Translations under genes and position numbers: made by a program
In this document: piece after piece, positions 57,540-64,000 of the stretch
Position numbering within the stretch: the stretch's first letter is position 1
Layout: each line of letters opens with the position of its first letter
NCBI GenBank assembly: GCA_951406725.2
Contig: OX597815.1
Coordinates: forward strand, 173,290,001-173,354,000
Length of the DNA: 64,000 bases
DNA from: Octopus vulgaris
Taxonomy: Eukaryota
Reading direction: 5' to 3'
The notes under the pieces: model-generated
Told to the model about the DNA's origin: nothing
The model's input: the letters and a program-made list of their open reading frames with translations, nothing else
The model's database searches: none

Positions 57540-57860
57540 TCAAAATAAGCAACAAGAATAACTTTGGTAATTTGGTACGATCGTTTTGCACTACATCATT
57601 TTATTAAATGTTGTAAGCATTACAACAGTTTTAAAATACTGAGCACTCATCAGCCATTAATAGAGGTTTTCCATTAATACATAATTTTCATTAATACATA
57701 ATTTTGATATGAAAATTATGTATTAACGGAAAACCTCTATTAATGGCTGATGAGTGTTAAGTATTCTAAAACTGTTGTAATGCTTACAACATTTAATAAA
57801 ATGATGTAGTGCAAAACGATCGTACCAAATTACCAAAGTTATTCTTGTTGCTTATTTTGA
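57540..57860. repeat. Long near-perfect inverted repeat (152-bp arms, 17-nt spacer)
   Basis: 57540-57691 is the reverse complement of 57709-57860 with 4 mismatches; the spacer partially duplicates the arm end. Confidence 0.95.
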
Positions 57861-60800
57861 TTATAATCACCCCATGGATTTATATGGATAACACCATTCA
57901 AAATTCTGGTGCATCTAACTTAAGTACCATATTCATTTGAATCTAAATTTTGCTGAACTTATATATATACATATTCTACTTTCAAAAATGCAACTTTAAC
58001 TAAAATAGATTTCTGTTTCTTCTTAACCCTTTCAGAACAATACATCTAATAAAATACATTAGTAATGATTTTTCAATTAATTTTGGAAATAATCAAGAAA
58101 TGTAACAAAAAGATCTTACATAGAATTATGTTAGAAGGTTTTAATTTAGATACAAAGACTTTAAAACAAGTAGTTTTGTATCAAAGATACTAGAGGTAGT
58201 GTCAAACATTTAAAAATATTAAAAAAACGTGGCATGTAACATAGTAATTGCTGCTTTAATTCTTTATATATTGAACTGTATTTTATCTTTTAGTTAGACA
58301 TTTTTAGTTTGTGTTTGTACAGCTGCTGAGAAAGAGGAAGGGAAGGAGTGAAAATTGTTTGGTCATATAAACATAAAGAAAAATATTCAAAGGTTAATTT
58401 AATTTCATGAATTTTATCACTTACTCTGTAAGAGAAAATTTTTTTTTAAAGAAGGATATAGTCCCTTGAATCTCTTGTTTTCTCATAAACCATTAATAAT
58501 CGTATTTAGTCATTGAGGTTAAGTATTTATTCAACCGCAGCAAATATCTTTGATTCTGTCTGATGAACATTCCCGGACATTAAATTTTATTTCTCTTTAT
58601 TCAACAGACACTGCATTGAAGAATTAGTTCAGGTTGAATGTAAAGTAACAGAGTGTATTTAGCTTTGAAAATGTAATTTATAATCTATTGTGTGTGCAAA
58701 TTTGTCAAATATTTTTAGTTTCTAGCACTGACTAGCACCAATGTATTTTTCTCAACAATGAAAAACCTTAAATTACAGTAAAAAAAAAAAGAAAGAAAAG
58801 GATTTGTGTTGCTTCTAAATTTTAATTGATTTCAACATCTTTTGTTATAATGAATTAATTTTTCAATACAACATGCAATTTAAAATTTTAAATTATTAAT
58901 AAAAAATAGTAAAATGTCTAGTTAATTAAGCTAGAAAGAGGTCTAGTGTAATCAATATAAGGTTAAAGAATCCATATTTTGTAATCAAATTTAGAAATGA
59001 AAAACAATTTGTTGTTCTAGTTTGTCTCATGACAATTACATGAAAAATATATGCTGTCTTATTTAATTTTATTTACTATAACTAATAAAATAACAATGCT
59101 AGGGTTTGAAAATATTTTAAATTATATATATGGAATGTAGCAAGAATAATAATAAAGAAATATGAACCTATATTTGAAAGAATTCTCAAGTAAACTGATG
59201 ACCATAAAATAAAAATGAAAACTGAAAATCCTGAGTTTTATTAAGCATGAAAAGCTGTCTTTTTAAAATTAGGGAACTATACTTTAGAACTTTGAGTATG
59301 GACCAATAATATATATAAATGGAGAATGATAATACAAGTAAGAATGTTTTTGAAATATCTGGTACATTAGTAATTTAAAATTCTGATTAAGCAATGTATA
59401 GACAATGAAACTTGATGATTTCACTGAAGGTTTAAGTTTGTTTAAGGAATATCTTCTTCAAATTTGTTCCATTTTCAAATATCCATTTTCCATGCAGGCA
59501 TGAGTTGGATGGCTTGACAGGAACTGGCAAGGCCAGGGGCTGCACCAGGTTTCATAGTTTGTTTTGGATTGGTTTTTATAGCTGGATACCCTTCCTAATA
59601 CCAACCACTTTACAGGATGTACTGGATGTTTTTTATGTGGCACCATCACAAAGTAGATAAAACAAAACTATTCTGGTCTTTGCTAAAGTTGGCATTCTCA
59701 TGCTAAACCATTAAACAATTAGTCATTTGGGTCACTTTGAAGCCAACTTTAAAAGATGATTGATAAATTTATAATTTCAAAATAACATTTAACAACTTAA
59801 TTTCTTATCTGCCTGTTGCGATTACATTGAATGGAATAGGAAAAAGAATTGTTAGGAAAGAGCTAAATTTGGTTACAAAAGTAGAGGTAAAGTTTTGCTG
59901 CTTCAATGTGAATTTGCTGCAAACCTTAACCGTTAGTATATTTATATTTTATATAGATCTTCAATATTTTACTATGTGCAATGTTTGCATTTAAATGCTC
60001 GGAATTAGTGCATATTCTATTGATGAAGAAAAATAATGTAGCATTTTTGTCAAAACTAATGTACATTAAAAATAATTATATAGTAGGAAGATTACCAATG
60101 AAAGTTTTGGTTTGGACATGATAGAATCAAACCTTTGCTATCAAGATTTCAGACACAATGGAAGCCACATCAATATAACACTTAGTAGTCAATATAAAAC
60201 ATAAATGAAAAAATTGGTTTGGCTATGTTAAACAGTGACAATATAGAAAATAAAAATGCCTACAGACAAACTTACATTGGATATTTATCTAGTGGTCAGT
60301 TCAGAGAAAGAATCTTATTCAGTAAGATTCCTAATTAACTATTTATGGTGCCTGCCTGCCTACCTACCTATCTATCTGTCTATCTATCTAAAGATGAATG
60401 CAAACTATACACAGATGTATAGAGCTGGCACTTATCTCATTATTTTGCATATATGTAAGAAGTTATTGGTACAATATATCTAAGACCATTCTGGTCCTAT
60501 AATAGAATGAAATAAAAAATACATAAATCCCCATTTTTAGGTTTTCATGTCTGAAATATAACTGATCTTAATTTACAAAAGTATCTTTAAATAACAAAAA
60601 AGTTTGTTATTTCATTAAACTGAACCATCAAATACAATGTAGTATTTCATAAGAAATATGGCTACAAAAGGATTAAACAATATTATCATAAAGAAGCATA
60701 TCTAAAAATCTAAAACTTTTAGATGAGAATGAAGAGTTGGAACATTCATTTCCTGAGAACATTAGGGTTGTAAAAGACAAGAAATTGTTGAAATTTAAAG

Positions 60801-61772
60801 TAGAAACTGGGTTACTGTCTACTTGCTCAGACCTTACTGTGGGATCTGCCACCTTATACTTATATGATTTTAACATATTGATAGTTATGCGTCAAGATGT
60901 GTGTGTATACAAGTGTGAGAGAGTGAGGTAAAAAAAATAATCTCCCCTTAGCTAACTCCCCTAGCTGACTTAAACCTCACTATACTCCTCATTGTAACTA
61001 CTTTGCAGAAGTAACAGAGAAACCCATCTCTTAAGTTCAACAACTACATGAGAGAGAGAGAGAGAGAGAGAGAAATGTACAAATGGACAAGTTTGTTGAA
61101 CATACATTAAACACATGACTGCTCAATGTACTTAAAATAATAGCCAAATCTCACACAAATCACATTTGATCTTCTTAAATAAGGGCTATATGAAAAAATA
61201 CAATTCTTGATATACAGAATATTTTGTTTGCACAGACTGGTCTCAGACACACAGCAACAGGCAAGCTTAGGTTAAGCCAATGAAGAGAGATCTTTGTGTC
61301 ATCATGCAACCTGCCACAAACAGCAGCCAAATTTCCCTAAAATCAGAATAGAACATGTTGGAAAAGTAACCACTTGTCTCAGCACTACATGAAATAGAAC
61401 TGGAGTCAATGAGGGAAGCATTTTGCACATTTACACAACTTAGAGAATATAGTAATGACATTCCCTCCAATCATACTCTACCGACATAAATATAGTCTTA
61501 TATATACTTAAAAAAAGAGATATTATATATATATATACATACACCAGAGTAAGAACATAAATGTGAAACAAGGTGGAAAAAATAGTACATGAATACTGGA
61601 GGTAGAGTAATATGCTTTATTAATAAAGCTGCAAAAACTGTTACTCAGAGTTTCACATTCTTGATTGTCTGACGAATGGGAATGTAAAACTCTGAGGAAC
61701 AGTTTTGGTGATGTTTTTGCAGCTTTATTAATAGAGTATATATATATATATACATGTGTGTGTGTGTGTGTG

Positions 61773-63258
61773 TCTACTACATATGTGGACATCTGTGGGT
61801 GTGCTTGTTTGTGGCATTGTTATCAAACTCCTTCTATATCGGTTTATCGATTTTGATGAAACTTAACACGTGAGTAGAACTCATGTCTGGAAAACTAGTG
61901 ACATACTTAGATTGTTGAAAAAGCCAATAATAGGGCCCCTGGAAGGAATTCTTATATCTACTACATATCTATATATATAAAACTGTAGTTGTGTGAGTGT
62001 CTGTCCCCTTCGATTTAGATTCCTAACTACTCCCACATTTTGCGGTGCAGTTTAACCAAATTCGGGTATCTTATAGTCGTGATTCATATCGAGCCCGTCT
62101 GGGTATTAGCGCGCGTCTACGATGAGTCTACGATTTTAAAAATAATTTAACATTATTTTTTATTCCATTTTAATGCATATTTTTTCGTGTGTCGATGGCG
62201 GCGGAGTTGGCATCCACGCTCACACCTACTCCTGTGGGGAAAGGAGTGTAAGGAAATCAACGTCGTAATGCGTTGTCAAGGAGACCAGCGTTCTTTTAGA
62301 ACAACGACTTCATGGCTTGAAGACACCAAAACAGAAATGGCTAAGAAAGCGTCTACATGAGTACGATTTAAAAAAAAATTTACCATCATTTTTTCCATTT
62401 TAATGCATTTTTTCGCTATTATATAAGGGAAGTAACTCTCTAAAAATGTCTACGATGAGTCAACGATTTAATTACCATCATTTTTTATTCCATTTTTAAT
62501 GCATTTTTTGGCTATAACTCTCTAAAAATGCTTATATAGTTATTTCCCTTACAAACCCGAGCAACGCCGGGCGATACTGCTAGTAAGTAATATATTATTT
62601 TTAAACATTTACTCCTAAAAGGTATCCTCATATAACCCATTCATGCTTGTAAATTATTTCATATAAATCAAATTGAGTATGCTTATTTCTTAGTATTTGA
62701 ACTATTTTATTTTAGTTATTTTCACAATTTATTCAGTACAACACTTAAACAAGTAGACAATAGATCCACTTATTTTGGTTAGTGACTTATTCACGAATAT
62801 ACCAACACTAGCGCCACTGAGGGTAATATTCTCTGCGAATGTACAAAAGCTTTTTTCTGAGTTATTTACTTTGAATTGTTATTATCTCATATCTGATTAG
62901 CCTGTTATTATATAACATGCTTCACGATTTTAGTATACATACCTTATCAGTATTTCCTCCTAAGTTCTACATACTCTGGGAATGTATAAAAGCCTTTTTC
63001 GGGGCTACTTTATTTGAATTCTTACTATCGGGTAATTAATTTCATGTAATTACATAACTGACTTCACAATTTGGGTATTCATAACTTATTGGGAACTCCT
63101 AAAAACAAGATCCTGTGTAAGACAGTTCAGTATTTTCAATAAATGCACAAAAACCGTCTTAAGGGCTACATACTTTGTATTGTCGTTACAGAATTAGCGA
63201 AACAATTATGAGAATGGAACCAAGGGATAAGCCAAGCTTTCCCGGATATGTCAGCTAG
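61773..63258 (+). mobile_element. Older Helitron-like element(s) hosting the young Helitron
   Basis: TCTACTACATA starts at 61773 and 61957. The 3' end gccaagctttcccggatatgtcagCTAG|T is at 63258. Three decayed ~130-140-nt repeats (ttcacga...aatgtacaaaagc...gctact...tgaatt) lie at ~62790-63190. Confidence 0.65.
61968..62583 (+). mobile_element. Young non-autonomous Helitron (616 bp)
   Basis: A|TCTATATATATAAAAC 5' end, subterminal hairpin cccgagcaacgccggg (62556-62571), CTAG|T 3' end, no TSD, CpG-rich. Three internal copies of gtctacgatgagtc.acgatttaa...ttccattttaatgca. Confidence 0.88.
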
Positions 63259-63359
63259 TATTCATATATATATATATATATATTTATTCATTCATGCACA
63301 TACCCACATATATAGTGTGTATGTTTGAGAGAGAGAGAGGGGGGGAGAGAGAAAGAAAG

Positions 63360-63998
63360 AAAAATTTGTTAACAATCAGCCATGGGACATGAACCCATGT
63401 CCCTCAAATACTCTGGCTGAATGCTGTACCATTAAGCTAAATTGCTTGCTAACAAATTCATCTGCAATTTTAGACACTATATAGCTAAATGTACAACTAC
63501 GGGTATAAATGTAAACAAACTGACATTTGCTTTTATAAGCATCAAAATATGAACTGAATGATACAAATTAGATTATATCTTTTTGAATGCAGAAGTACCA
63601 TTAGAAAAGCAGAAATACTAGGTAAATTACCCTTACAAAACAGAAAAATTTGTCAACAACTAGGCATGGCACTCAAACCCATGTTTCTCAAAGACTCTGG
63701 CTGAGTGCTTTACCATTAACCTAAACCGCCCTCTGATAATTTGTATTGTTCAATACACATTTCAATGCTGATAAAAACAAGTTAGTTTGTTTACATTTAT
63801 ACATGTAGCTGTACATTTAGCTACATATTACATATGAATTTGTCATCAGCCAGTTTAGCTTAATAGTAAAGCACTCAGCTGGAGTCTCTGATGGTATAGG
63901 TTCAAGTCCCGTGGCTGTTGACAAATTTTTTCTGCTTTGTAAGGGTAATTTATCCAGTATTTCTGCCTTTCTAATGGCAATTCTGCATTTGAAAAAAT
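63360..63998. repeat. Tandem-plus-inverted array of a tRNA-like repeat (three tRNA-like heads)
   Basis: Plus head 63849-63920 has tagcttaatagtaaagc (A box/D arm) and ggttcaagtccc (B box/T loop); reverse-complement copies at ~63368-63448 and ~63650-63732; flanks also repeated in inverted orientation. Confidence 0.8.
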
Positions 63999-64000
63999 AT

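Larger units (their letters stand above)
13296..64000 (-). other. Very large intron upstream of the exon-56-like exon (DMD intron 55 equivalent), continuing beyond the window
   Basis: No exon-55-like peptide (FLAWLTEAETTANVL-type) or other spectrin-repeat exon found by eye; the sequence is dominated by repeats and microsatellites. Confidence 0.7.

Noticed and set aside
63849-63920. Possible functional tRNA gene
   Set aside because: A/B boxes are present, but the acceptor and anticodon arms do not pair well and the three copies are mutually degenerate; treated as a tRNA-derived repeat.
1-64000. Most ORFs in the six-frame track (60-150 aa)
   Set aside because: Low-complexity F/L/I/Y-rich translations of AT-rich intron, microsatellites or repeats, with no domains. 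Only 7609-7800 and 7889-8092 overlap real exons, and 18069-19136 overlap the mariner remnant.

Overview
AT-rich, repeat-laden animal genomic DNA, not prokaryotic. The SINE, MITE and RTE repeat families look like those of octopus/coleoid cephalopods (recognised from memory, not searched). The window lies inside a dystrophin/utrophin-family gene on the minus strand. Three coding exons can be read: 13295-13126 (170 nt), 8069-7913 (157 nt) and 7803-7674 (130 nt). They splice in frame and match human DMD exons 56, 57 and 58 in sequence character and intron phase. No exon-55-like exon was seen upstream, so 13296-64000 (>50 kb) appears to be the equivalent of DMD intron 55, which in vertebrates holds the internal promoters of Dp116 and G-utrophin. 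The best lead is a candidate alternative first exon in this intron (ATG 37034, donor 36984, MIEINLNLQAVLTEFEQ). It joins the exon-56-like exon in frame and has an overlapping uORF. The rest is transposon debris: tRNA-derived SINEs with TSDs, RTE LINE fragments, a dead mariner, TTAA MITEs and nested Helitrons. Several fold-back structures could form intronic dsRNA. Almost all ORFs in the supplied track are spurious.
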